DNA of 64,000 bases from an uncultured Ignavibacteriales bacterium (GCA_964397415.1 CAYNIJ010000011.1:19197-83196); one strand, 5' to 3'; shown: positions 38,114-47,214, numbered from the stretch's first letter. Program-made: numbers and translations. The notes: generated by a model from the letters alone, not told the origin.

Positions 38114-40276
38114 TTACTGCCCGGCTGAGGCGGCTGCGGGTGCGTTGATATCGATTGCCTGCGGTTTCCCTTTAAGGTCCGCGCCGAGGCGCTGCAGATA
38201 GGCGATCAAAGCGATTATCTCACGGTCCTCGCGCACATCGATTCCGGCATCCTTCAGCCCTGTGGCAACACTAAACGCCTGAGTACGAAGGTCGGCAAGC
38301 GCGCGGGATTCATATCCCTCCGGATACGGGACACCCAATTTCCTCATCGTGCTGATCTTCGCCTGTGTCGCGCTGACATCAAGCTCATCAGTGATCATCC
38401 ATGGGTAGGATGGCATGATGGAGCCGGGCGACATTGAGGTTGGATCTTTCATATGGTTGTAGTGCCAGGCATCGGGATACTTACCGCCGACACGCAAGAG
38501 ATCCGGACCGGTTCGTTTGGAACCCCAGAGGAATGGATGCTCGTACACATACTCACCGGCTTTCGCGTATTCGCCATAACGCTCGGTTTCAGAGCGGAAA
38601 GGACGGATCATCTGCGAATGGCAATTATTGCACCCCTCACGGATATACAGATCGCGACCCTCCAGTTCAAGAGGCGTGTACGGCTTGATAGCCGCGATAG
38701 TCGGTGTATTCGACTTTACCAGGAAAGTCGGGATCATCTCAATGACTCCGCCGATAAGTATAGCGATGGTCGTCCAGAACAGGAACTGCACCGGCCGGCG
38801 CTCCAGCCAACGGTGCCAGGCTTTGTCATGACCAGTAGCGCTGAAGTTCTTCTCGAGCGCGGGGGCGGAAGTCGCTTCATCGGCGACAAGTTTGCCGGAT
38901 TTGGCAGTCTTCCAAAGATTGAACATCATCATGATAACGCCGATCAGGAAGAGGAAACCGCCTACCGCGCGAATCATATACATCGGAATGATCTGCAACA
39001 CGGTCTCCAGGAAATTTGGATACGCCAGGAAACCGCCTTCGCCGAATTCCTTCCACATTAATCCCTGTGTGATACCGGCGAAGTACATTGGAAGTGCATA
39101 GACCAGGATCCCAAGGAAGCCGATCCAGAAGTGGAGGTTGGCCAATTTCTCGGAATACAATTTGGTGCCGTAGATGCGAGGAATTATCCAGTAGAGAATA
39201 CCGAACGTCAGGAAGCCGTTCCATCCGAGCGCGCCGACATGGACATGCGCGATCGTCCAGTCCGTGAAGTGCGAAAGGGCGTTGACAGATTTCACCGAAA
39301 GAGTGGGGCCTTCAAAGGTCGCCATACCATACGCGGTCACCGCGACGACCATGAATTTGAGGACCGCGCTCTCACGCACTTTGTCCCAGGCGCCGCGCAG
39401 TGTGAGCAGTCCGTTGAGCATACCGCCCCAGGACGGCGCAATAAGCATCACTGAGAAGACCGTACCAAGCGACTGCGCCCAATCGGGGAGTGCGGAATAG
39501 AGTAAATGGTGCGGCCCCGCCCAGATATAGAGAAAGATCAGCGCCCAGAAGTGTATGATCGAGAGTCGATATGAAAAGACCGGTCGGTCGGCCGCTTTCG
39601 GCAGATAATAATACATCATGCCGAGATACGGCGTGGTGAGAAAGAACGCGACCGCGTTATGTCCGTACCACCATTGTACGAGCGCATCCTGGATTCCCGC
39701 GTAGACCGGGTAGCTCTTCATGAAGGTCGCGGGGAGTTCGATCGAATTGACGATATGCAGCACCGCGACCGTCACCCAGGTGGCGATGTAGAACCAGATC
39801 GCGACGTACATGTGTCGCTCGCGACGCTTGAGGATCGTTCCCATCATATTGATGCCGAAGATCACCCAGACGACCGCGATAAGGATATCGATCGGCCACT
39901 CAAGTTCCGCGTACTCTTTGCTCGTGGTGAACCCCATCGGCAAGGAGATCGCCGCGCAGACGATTATGAACTGCCAGCCCCAGAAGTTGAGTTTGCTCAG
40001 GGTGTCGCTGAACATGCGCGACTTGCAGAGCCGCTGCAGCGAATAGTAAATCGCCATAAACATGGCATTCCCGACAAACGCGAAGATCACCGCGTTGGTA
40101 TGCAGCGGGCGAATGCGGGAGAAAGTGAGGTACGGTAGGTTGAAATTGAAGACGGGCGCGAAGAGCTGATGCGCCGCCAGCAATCCGACCAGCATGCCGA
40201 CCGCTCCCCAGACGGCCGTCGCGATGCCGAAATCTCGTACTATCTTGTTGTCGTACGAAAACTGTTCAACCGCCAT
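38114..40276 (-). CDS. ccoNO: fused cbb3-type cytochrome c oxidase subunits I+II (CcoN-CcoO)
   Basis: 720 aa. The N-terminal ~470 aa is a heme-copper oxidase subunit I (..HFWALIF..HHLLY.., ..TIAHVHVGALGW..). The C-terminal ~240 aa is CcoO with CNNCHSQMIRPF. Confidence 0.9.
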   Translation of the reverse strand: MAVEQFSYDNKIVRDFGIATAVWGAVGMLVGLLAAHQLFAPVFNFNLPYLTFSRIRPLHTNAVIFAFVGNAMFMAIYYSLQRLCKSRMFSDTLSKLNFWGWQFIIVCAAISLPMGFTTSKEYAELEWPIDILIAVVWVIFGINMMGTILKRRERHMYVAIWFYIATWVTVAVLHIVNSIELPATFMKSYPVYAGIQDALVQWWYGHNAVAFFLTTPYLGMMYYYLPKAADRPVFSYRLSIIHFWALIFLYIWAGPHHLLYSALPDWAQSLGTVFSVMLIAPSWGGMLNGLLTLRGAWDKVRESAVLKFMVVAVTAYGMATFEGPTLSVKSVNALSHFTDWTIAHVHVGALGWNGFLTFGILYWIIPRIYGTKLYSEKLANLHFWIGFLGILVYALPMYFAGITQGLMWKEFGEGGFLAYPNFLETVLQIIPMYMIRAVGGFLFLIGVIMMMFNLWKTAKSGKLVADEATSAPALEKNFSATGHDKAWHRWLERRPVQFLFWTTIAILIGGVIEMIPTFLVKSNTPTIAAIKPYTPLELEGRDLYIREGCNNCHSQMIRPFRSETERYGEYAKAGEYVYEHPFLWGSKRTGPDLLRVGGKYPDAWHYNHMKDPTSMSPGSIMPSYPWMITDELDVSATQAKISTMRKLGVPYPEGYESRALADLRTQAFSVATGLKDAGIDVREDREIIALIAYLQRLGADLKGKPQAIDINAPAAASAGQ

Positions 40277-40279
40277 GCG

Positions 40280-40468
40280 TTATATCTCCGATGAAGGTTT
40301 CATATTATTCTCTGTATCAGTGGGAACCGACTTATCCTCGAAGAGCATTCGGATAGCCGGTGTATAGGTATCCTCGTACTGGCCGGACCGGACTGCCCAC
40401 CAGAAAGCGAACAGAAATCCGACTGCGACCAGAAGTGAAGCGGCGATAAGTATGATGATCACGTACAT
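40280..40468 (-). CDS. ccoS: cbb3 oxidase maturation protein CcoS
   Basis: Start set at ATG 40468 (MYVIIILIAASLLVAVGFLFAFWWAVRSGQYED), which is typical of CcoS and avoids overlap with the ccoI stop at 40470. Confidence 0.75.
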   Translation of the reverse strand: MYVIIILIAASLLVAVGFLFAFWWAVRSGQYEDTYTPAIRMLFEDKSVPTDTENNMKPSSEI

Positions 40469-40469
40469 T

Positions 40470-42890
40470 TCACCGTACTCCAAGACGTCGGGCCGCCAAC
40501 TGCGTGCCGATGGTCGAAAAAAGTATCACCGACACCGAACTGACCGGCATCAGGATCGCCGAAATCAGCGGCGACAGATTGCCGGTCGCGGCAAAATAGA
40601 GCCCGACCACGTTATAGAATATCGAGATCACAATACTCGCAAGGATCAACTGATGGCTTACCCTGGCCAATCGCACAAAACGATCCAGCCGTGAGAGCTG
40701 GGATGCTTCGAGAATTCCATCACAAGCCGGAGTAAAATTGATGGCATTGTCCGAGACCGCGATGCCAACCGAAGCGGCCCGCAACGCCCCCGCGTCATTG
40801 AGACCGTCTCCTACCATCAACACACGCTTCTTCTGTGAGGTAAGCGACTGAACGGAATTCAACTTGTCGTGAGGCGATTGATTGAAAGTTAGTGAGGATG
40901 ACTCACCAAACAAATGGGCAAGTCGTTCGCGGTCCCTGTCGTTGTCCCCGGACAAAACCGCAAGTTCATGCGTCTGTCGCAGCGACTGAATTGTATCATC
41001 CAACCCGTCGCGGTACCTGCTGGTCATGACGAAATGACCACGCAGGCGACCATCAATGGTCAGCCATGTGATTGTTCCCAATGTATAATTGTTGGGCTTG
41101 ACCAGCGACCTATCCTGATTCAACCAACTAAACCGTCCGAGGCGGAGTGTGTGGCCGTCGACAATCCCCTCAATCCCCTGGCCAGGCTCTTCTCTAAAAT
41201 TCTCTAAGACGAGAGGCTCCGCCGAGTATTCAGCATCGATTCTCCGGCTGACCGGATGGGTCGAGTGGCGAGCGAGCGATTTGACCATGCGGATCTCATC
41301 CTGAGTCAGGGGAGTGTCGCCTATGAATGACATGTCGTCAGGTTCGTTGGAGGTAAGAGTGCCGGTCTTGTCGAAGACGATCGTTTCGGTTGTCGCCATC
41401 TCCTCGACCACTGCCGTATTCTTCAAATAGAACTTATGGCGCCCCATAATGCGAAGGGCGGTTCCGAGGACAAATGGCGAGGAGAGCGCCAGCGCGCAGG
41501 GGCAGGCTACTATCAGTACAGCGGTCACGGCATTGATCGCGATATCCACGTCGCGACGAAGCCAGTAAACCGCGGTCGCTGCGGCTATGACGAGAACCGC
41601 AAGAGTGAAGTATCGACCAAAGGAGTCAGCCACCGATGTTACGGATCGCGATGATTCTTTGGCGAAAGCGGTATTGTTCCACAAACTGGTGAGGTAACTC
41701 TGCGATACCTCTTTAACCACTTCGAGCTCAATCGTGGTACCGGTCTGCCGTCCACCGGCGTAGACACTGTCGCCGCTCATCAGCGCGCGGGGCAGTGATT
41801 CGCCGGTGACAAAGCTATAGTCAATAAGCCCCCTCCCGTTGATCAAGATAGAGTCGGCCGGGATCAGTTCTTGATTGCGAACGATGATGCGATCCCCGAC
41901 TCGAAGATTGGTGACTGGAATAGAGACCTCACTGTCACCGGCCTTGCGCGTAATTGATGCTGGGAAGTAAGCTTTGTAGTCACGCTCAAAAGAGAGCTGT
42001 TCGTAGGTTCGATGCTGGAACAGCTTCCCCAACAGCAGGAAGAAAACAAGCCCGGAAAAGGAGTCGAGAAATCCCGGACCGGCGTTGAGCACAATGTCAT
42101 AGATGCTTCGACCGAACAGCGCGGCCATGCCAATCGCAAGGGGAACATCGATATTGACCATGCGCGAGCGGAGCGCGTACCAGGCGGATGTGAAGTATCC
42201 CCAAGCTGAGTAGAAGAGAACGGGGAGCGCCAGCAGCACCATTGTGACACGAAAGACCAGCGGAAATGCGGTCTGTTCTAATTCCCGCGAGTTTAGATAA
42301 TCCGGAAAACTGAGCAGCATGATATTGGCGAAACAGAATCCCGCGACGCCGATCTTAAGGTGCAGCGAGCGCTTTGGGTCGCGACGTTCTATCTTCTCGA
42401 AATGCTCAAGGCGAATATGCGGCTCGTAGCCAATACGACTAAGCAGTTCAACCAATTGGCGCAAAGAGATAGTCGTCTGGTCAAACTGAATGACCGCCTC
42501 ACGGCGCAGAAAATTGACCTGCGAACGGCTAACACCAGGATGCAGTCGATACAGATTCTCCAGCAGCCAGATACAGGACGCACAGTGAATTTGCGGGATG
42601 ATCAGGTTCACGCGGCTGATACGGCTATCGGAAAAGCTGATGAGTTGCTTCTGCACTTGGGGATCGTCGAGATAGGCGAACCTCGAAGTATCGATATCAG
42701 CCGGCGGCTTGATGCCGGGCGGCGTTTGCTGATTGTAATACGCGCTCAGTTCGGTAGAGTGAAGAAGTTTATATACCGCACGGCAGCCATTGCAGCAGAA
42801 AGTCGCCTCACCGACCGGCACGATCTGTTCGCGACAGGGTGCACCACAATGGGTGCAGGGTATTTCATCGGTTCGGGTCGCGCGCGCCAT
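40470..42890 (-). CDS. ccoI: copper-translocating P1B-type ATPase CcoI/FixI
   Basis: 806 aa. N-terminal Cys-rich metal-binding region (CTHCGAPC, CCNGC), HMA-like CASC, TM CPC motif (VACPCAL), DKTGTLT and GDGLNDAGAL. Confidence 0.9.
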   Translation of the reverse strand: MARATRTDEIPCTHCGAPCREQIVPVGEATFCCNGCRAVYKLLHSTELSAYYNQQTPPGIKPPADIDTSRFAYLDDPQVQKQLISFSDSRISRVNLIIPQIHCASCIWLLENLYRLHPGVSRSQVNFLRREAVIQFDQTTISLRQLVELLSRIGYEPHIRLEHFEKIERRDPKRSLHLKIGVAGFCFANIMLLSFPDYLNSRELEQTAFPLVFRVTMVLLALPVLFYSAWGYFTSAWYALRSRMVNIDVPLAIGMAALFGRSIYDIVLNAGPGFLDSFSGLVFFLLLGKLFQHRTYEQLSFERDYKAYFPASITRKAGDSEVSIPVTNLRVGDRIIVRNQELIPADSILINGRGLIDYSFVTGESLPRALMSGDSVYAGGRQTGTTIELEVVKEVSQSYLTSLWNNTAFAKESSRSVTSVADSFGRYFTLAVLVIAAATAVYWLRRDVDIAINAVTAVLIVACPCALALSSPFVLGTALRIMGRHKFYLKNTAVVEEMATTETIVFDKTGTLTSNEPDDMSFIGDTPLTQDEIRMVKSLARHSTHPVSRRIDAEYSAEPLVLENFREEPGQGIEGIVDGHTLRLGRFSWLNQDRSLVKPNNYTLGTITWLTIDGRLRGHFVMTSRYRDGLDDTIQSLRQTHELAVLSGDNDRDRERLAHLFGESSSLTFNQSPHDKLNSVQSLTSQKKRVLMVGDGLNDAGALRAASVGIAVSDNAINFTPACDGILEASQLSRLDRFVRLARVSHQLILASIVISIFYNVVGLYFAATGNLSPLISAILMPVSSVSVILFSTIGTQLAARRLGVR

Positions 42891-42930
42891 GTTGTCTTTG
42901 CTCGTAACTGCCTGTCATTCCATCAATAGA

Positions 42931-42953
42931 GTGTAAATCTCCCCTCTTTACAC
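42931..42953. promoter_or_regulatory. inverted repeat GTGTAAA-N9-TTTACAC upstream of ccoI
   Basis: Directly visible, 41-63 nt upstream of the ccoI ATG (42890). Confidence 0.3.
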
Positions 42954-43020
42954 CATGTTCGGTCGGAATATATCGGGAGCCTGTGCCAGAGGCAACTATT
43001 TGGAGCGACGGAGGTGATAT

Positions 43021-43033
43021 TTTTGAATCAAAA
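43021..43033. promoter_or_regulatory. palindrome TTTTGA-A-TCAAAA in the ccoI upstream region
   Basis: Directly visible. Contains TTGA/TCAA half-sites like those of FNR/FixK boxes, but with the wrong spacing. Confidence 0.2.
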
Positions 43034-43125
43034 GTAGAGCTAACAAGTGCATTTAAATACCATACAAGATTGTATTTATTGATTGCACCACGAATCCTGT
43101 GTCATAGAAGACCCGGCGTTGGCTG

Positions 43126-43159
43126 CGAGAAAAAGAGGGGTCGGAGATGTCCGACCCCT
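43126..43159 (-). terminator. rho-independent terminator after the porin gene (amt-porin operon end)
   Basis: On the minus strand: AGGGGTCGG-(6 nt)-CCGACCCCT followed by CTTTTTCTC. Confidence 0.75.
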
Positions 43160-43185
43160 TGCCAACAGGAGATCATGCGAGAAAC

Positions 43186-43923
43186 CTATAGTGAGATTGC
43201 GAGAATGAGATAGGTGACCTCTTGCTGGGGATTCAGAATGAAGGCGACAGAAAGAGGCACAGAATGCCCTTCCGACAACGAGAGCACGCGGGTTGCCTTC
43301 ACTCCGAGATTTATCACTTGGAGATCATCCACCGGTCGTTCGGCGGAACCGTAGAAAACCGGATTCTCGGTACTGCCTGTAGTTCCCCCCAACCACAGGG
43401 TCAGATCGAGATCGTCTACCTTGGTAACATAGTCTGCCTGGAAATAAGCGCAGTTTCCGGCTTCGTTGTGAACATTCATATACCCCGAGAGCGTGATCGG
43501 AAACGATGCTGGCCCGGCCCAGGAGAGCCCTAGCTCGATCAAATGCGCCCCGGCCCCATCCGCGTCATCGTAGTCATTGAAATTGAAATATCGCACTCCA
43601 GCCGACGGGAAGTAATAGTCGGTTATCAGGGCGGTAAAACTGCCAGCGTTATCGGTACCGAACGTGTAGCTGGTCCATGTATCAATCTCGTCGATTTCAC
43701 TGGAGTACGAGCCCCAGAATCCTGCTTTCCATCCGCCGGCCTGACACTTGAGAGCAGGTTGAACGGAGAATGCGTTCCCAAAGTCGAGCCCACGCCAGTT
43801 GTAGCGACTCACCAGATCAGCCGAGGCCGATAGCGTCAGGTCGCCTGCTGAAGCACTCCCGACCAGTGCGATACTGGCTGGGATCACTAGCAGAAGTAAA
43901 ATCAAGAAATATCTCTGTCTCAT
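43186..43923 (-). CDS. TorF-family (Gcw_chp) putative outer-membrane porin
   Basis: Signal peptide, then ..SADLVSRYNWRGLDFGNAFSVQPAL..GFWGSYS.., matching my recollection of the TIGR02001 pattern. Aromatic C-terminus. Confidence 0.65.
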   Translation of the reverse strand: MRQRYFLILLLLVIPASIALVGSASAGDLTLSASADLVSRYNWRGLDFGNAFSVQPALKCQAGGWKAGFWGSYSSEIDEIDTWTSYTFGTDNAGSFTALITDYYFPSAGVRYFNFNDYDDADGAGAHLIELGLSWAGPASFPITLSGYMNVHNEAGNCAYFQADYVTKVDDLDLTLWLGGTTGSTENPVFYGSAERPVDDLQVINLGVKATRVLSLSEGHSVPLSVAFILNPQQEVTYLILAISL

Positions 43924-43950
43924 CGGTCTATCTCACTTATGGTTTTCGGT

Positions 43951-45183
43951 TCAAAACTGCCCCGCCGGGGTTTCTTCATATGCCTTTTCACCATGCAGGC
44001 TGGCATCAAGGCCCATTTCTTCCTCATTAGCGGAAGTTCGTACGCGTGTGAACTTGTTGATGATCCAGAGCATCACGTAGGTGAAGACAAACGCGTAGAT
44101 GGAAGAGACTACAACTGTGATCAGTTGTTTGGTGAAGAAAGAAGAATTCCCGCTCAATAGTCCGTCTGCGCCGGCGGCGTTGACGGCCGTACTGGCCATC
44201 AGGCCGAGAAGTATCACACCGATCGCTCCCCCTACGCCATGTACACCCCAGACATCGAGGGCATCATCCCACTTGAGTTTGTTTTTCAATGAAACGGCGA
44301 AGTAGCAGACGACACCAGCGACAATGCCGATGATGGCGGCGCTCGTTGGAGTGACATACCCGGCGCACGGAGTGATAGTAGCCAATCCCGCGACAGCTCC
44401 GGTAAGCAAGCCGAGGAATTTCGGTTTTCTTTCGAATATCCAGGCGAGGAGCATCCAGGTCGGCCCGGCAAAGGAAGCCGCGATGTCGGTATTGAGGAAG
44501 GCGATCCCGGTGATGCCGTCTACCTTGAGCTGGCTTCCGGCGTTGAAGCCGTACCACCCAAACCAGAGCAATCCGGTCCCAAGGGCCACAAGCGGGATGC
44601 TGTGCGGCACTGAGTCGCCGATCTTCCGCTTACCTACGTAAAGCACCGATGCCAGGGCGGCCATTCCCGCGATATTGTGAACGACAATGCCGCCGGCGAA
44701 ATCCAGCACCCCCCATTTGGCCAAGAGGCCATTCCCCCAGACCATGTGCACAAACGGGAAATAGACGAAAGTCAGCCAGAGCACGAGAAAGGCGAGGTAT
44801 GCGCCGAATCGTACTCGATTGGAAAATGCGCCGGTGATCAACGCCGGAGTAATGATGGCGAACATCATCTGGTACGCCATAAATACAAACTCCGGAATAT
44901 TGCCGGTTCCGAACGGGGAAACAGTGTCGAGGGTCACGCCTATCAGGAAGACCTTATCCAGGTTTCCGATGATGCCACCTTCGCCACCACTGAAACAGAG
45001 TGAGTAGCCATAGGCCCACCAGATGATGGTGGTAACACCCATGGAGACAAAGCTCTGGATCATGATGGTCAGCACGTTGCGGCGTCCCACCAATCCCCCA
45101 TAAAAAAACGCCAGCCCTGGGGTCATCAACATGACCAGGCTGGTCGCGACCAGCATAAAGCCGGTATTGCCAGTATCAAACAT
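43951..45183 (-). CDS. amt: ammonium transporter (Amt family)
   Basis: 410 aa with ..LVMLMTPGLAFFYGGLV.. and ..DFAGGIVVHNIAG.., both hallmark Amt motifs. GGAGG RBS. Confidence 0.9.
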   Translation of the reverse strand: MFDTGNTGFMLVATSLVMLMTPGLAFFYGGLVGRRNVLTIMIQSFVSMGVTTIIWWAYGYSLCFSGGEGGIIGNLDKVFLIGVTLDTVSPFGTGNIPEFVFMAYQMMFAIITPALITGAFSNRVRFGAYLAFLVLWLTFVYFPFVHMVWGNGLLAKWGVLDFAGGIVVHNIAGMAALASVLYVGKRKIGDSVPHSIPLVALGTGLLWFGWYGFNAGSQLKVDGITGIAFLNTDIAASFAGPTWMLLAWIFERKPKFLGLLTGAVAGLATITPCAGYVTPTSAAIIGIVAGVVCYFAVSLKNKLKWDDALDVWGVHGVGGAIGVILLGLMASTAVNAAGADGLLSGNSSFFTKQLITVVVSSIYAFVFTYVMLWIINKFTRVRTSANEEEMGLDASLHGEKAYEETPAGQF

Positions 45184-45196
45184 CTCTATCCTCCGA

Positions 45197-45211
45197 GTGA
45201 TCGCGGATCAC
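45197..45211. promoter_or_regulatory. palindrome GTGATC-GCG-GATCAC just upstream of the amt RBS
   Basis: Directly visible, 14-28 nt upstream of the amt ATG (45183). Confidence 0.3.
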
Positions 45212-45231
45212 GGCTGCTTGCCGCGTCACTC

Positions 45232-45250
45232 AGAACATAGAGCATGTTCT
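45232..45250. promoter_or_regulatory. inverted repeat AGAACAT-N5-ATGTTCT between response regulator and amt
   Basis: Directly visible. Lies 74-92 nt downstream of the RR stop and about 50-70 nt upstream of the amt ATG. Confidence 0.2.
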
Positions 45251-45323
45251 CCGTATTGAGCAATGAGGAGAAACCTGATATCGGGGTGCGCCAAACCTTA
45301 CGACCGCACCGGAAAAGGCGATA

Positions 45324-45974
45324 TCATTCGGGCTGGATGATCTTTTCACGAATGGCGAATCTGGTCAATTCGGCCACCGAGTGCAAATCGAGCTTATCCA
45401 TTATCCGCTTGCGGTGGGTCTCAATCGTCTTTACGGAGATATTAAGGCGTCCGGCGACATCTTTGGTGCTATTCCCTTCCGCGATTAGCTGGAGAACCTC
45501 CCGCTCCCGCGAAGTCAACAGATCCGAAGGCCCATTGACCGCCGCCGACAAGTTGACATAGTCATTGACCAGTACCCCGGTTATCCTGCTGCTCAGATAG
45601 ATATCTCCGCGCATGACGGATCTGATTCCGACCACTAATTCCTCGAGCGTAGAGTCCTTTAACAGGTACCCACGCGCGCCAGCCTTTATCGCCTCTGTAA
45701 CATAGTGACGATCTGAGTGCATAGAGAGAATGATGACCCGGGTGGCCACCTGCAGCTCCTGCAGTTTGCGCATTGTCTCGAGGCCATTGAGTCCAGGCAT
45801 TGAGATATCCAGGAGCAGGATATCCGGGCGCAGTCGCTCAACAAGTTGCGCGGCCGCATGACCATCCTCCGCCTCGCCGATTATCTGTAGTTCTCCCTCG
45901 TGTTCCAACATCGAACGTAGACCAGCGCGAAAAAGCAGGTGATCATCAGCCAGCACTAGTGAGATAGTAGACAT
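45324..45974 (-). CDS. NarL/LuxR-family response regulator
   Basis: Start at ATG 45974, in a TAATG overlap with the kinase stop. Canonical REC (LADDH..ILLLDISMPG..LLKD) plus a LuxR HTH (LTSREREVLQLIAEGNSTKDVAGRLNISVKTIETHR). Confidence 0.85.
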   Translation of the reverse strand: MSTISLVLADDHLLFRAGLRSMLEHEGELQIIGEAEDGHAAAQLVERLRPDILLLDISMPGLNGLETMRKLQELQVATRVIILSMHSDRHYVTEAIKAGARGYLLKDSTLEELVVGIRSVMRGDIYLSSRITGVLVNDYVNLSAAVNGPSDLLTSREREVLQLIAEGNSTKDVAGRLNISVKTIETHRKRIMDKLDLHSVAELTRFAIREKIIQPE

Positions 45975-47176
45975 TATACTTTTGCCGCTAGCGGCGCCTC
46001 CAATGTGATAATTGTCCCTGAAGCTTTCGCGGACTGGATCGACATTTCTCCACCCAATAGGCGAATCCGTTCCCGGACTGAGAAGAGACCGTATTTTTTG
46101 CTCACAGTCAGAGTTTGCAGCCACTGACTCGCGTCGAACCCGTGACCATTGTCGGCGATAGTGATCCGAATGCGGTTCTCTGAGCCGGATATGGTAACCG
46201 CGACTTTGCTGGCGCCGCTATGCTTCTGCGCATTGGTCAGCAGTTCCTTGACAGATCTAAAGAGCACGGCCGCATGTTCACCCTTCGCCGCGCCGTGAAA
46301 GCCGCTTCGATCCACAGTCACCCGTAGTGAGTGACTTTGCTGGAATTGCTCGCCAAGCCACTCAATCGCGGCAGGAAGCCCGAATTCGTGCAGGACCGGC
46401 GGACTTATCTGCACGGTCAGATTGCGAGTATAGGCGATCGTGCCATCAAGCAGCGACATGATCCGCGCGATCGAGTCCTCGAATCCGCAGAAGACCGCGT
46501 TACTCTGGAACTGCGACACCTGCATTTTGATGAACGCCAGCGCCTGCCCGATATGGTCGTGAAGCTCCGCGGCGATCTCCCGGCGTTCCCGGATCTCGGC
46601 CAGGGAGAGTTCGAGCGTCAACTGCTGCTGGAGGCGCTGAAACTCCTCGATCTTCCGGTTGGCCTCCTGTAATTCAGCGACCCTGTCGCTGAGAACTCGA
46701 TTGGCCTCCTGCAGTTGGGTCGTACGTTCCCTGACTTGCTGCTCCAGCGACTCGTGAGCCTGGAGGAGCGCATTGTCCGCCAATCTATGCTGAAAGTGCG
46801 AACGGAGCATCTCGGCAAGCGAAGTAATGAGGTCGCGTTCTTCGGACAAGAACGGTCCTTCGATTGCCGCCGGCCGCTCCGCCGTATAGGTGACTTCGAT
46901 CCCGCCAGTCTCCTGGCCTACAACAAAGACGGCCGTCTGCACCCAGAGGGACGACCGGAAGCCGGGAGTGGCAACGCTGAGGTCGCGGAACCAAATGCGG
47001 GCCTCTGTGATCTCCGGGTACTGCCATGCGGGCGGAAGCAGGGCAAGGATTGCGGTGAGGAGTTCGCGGTCCGGTGTCGTAGGGTTCTGAAGCAGACGCG
47101 CCGTACCGTGAAGCGCAGTCAATTCCTTGACGCGCTCCTGCAGATTGTGCAGTAGCAGTTCCGGGGTTTCCGTCAC
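45974..47176 (-). CDS. cytoplasmic sensor histidine kinase (HisKA_3 + HATPase_c) with unassigned N-terminal sensor domain
   Basis: GTG start and no TM helices. Coiled coil, then H-box AAELHDHIGQALAF and an ATPase domain (..NAQKHSGA..DNGHGF..GGEMSI). Confidence 0.8.
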   Translation of the reverse strand: MTETPELLLHNLQERVKELTALHGTARLLQNPTTPDRELLTAILALLPPAWQYPEITEARIWFRDLSVATPGFRSSLWVQTAVFVVGQETGGIEVTYTAERPAAIEGPFLSEERDLITSLAEMLRSHFQHRLADNALLQAHESLEQQVRERTTQLQEANRVLSDRVAELQEANRKIEEFQRLQQQLTLELSLAEIRERREIAAELHDHIGQALAFIKMQVSQFQSNAVFCGFEDSIARIMSLLDGTIAYTRNLTVQISPPVLHEFGLPAAIEWLGEQFQQSHSLRVTVDRSGFHGAAKGEHAAVLFRSVKELLTNAQKHSGASKVAVTISGSENRIRITIADNGHGFDASQWLQTLTVSKKYGLFSVRERIRLLGGEMSIQSAKASGTIITLEAPLAAKV

Positions 47177-47214
47177 GGTCTGCCTTCGAAAAAAGTCACC
47201 ACCAACTGCCTTCG

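Noticed and set aside
38434-40138. Plus-strand ORFs antisense to ccoNO (for example 38453-39061 at 202 aa and 39659-40138 at 159 aa).
   Set aside because: They are antisense to a clear heme-copper oxidase subunit, with Arg/Asp/His-rich nonsense composition.
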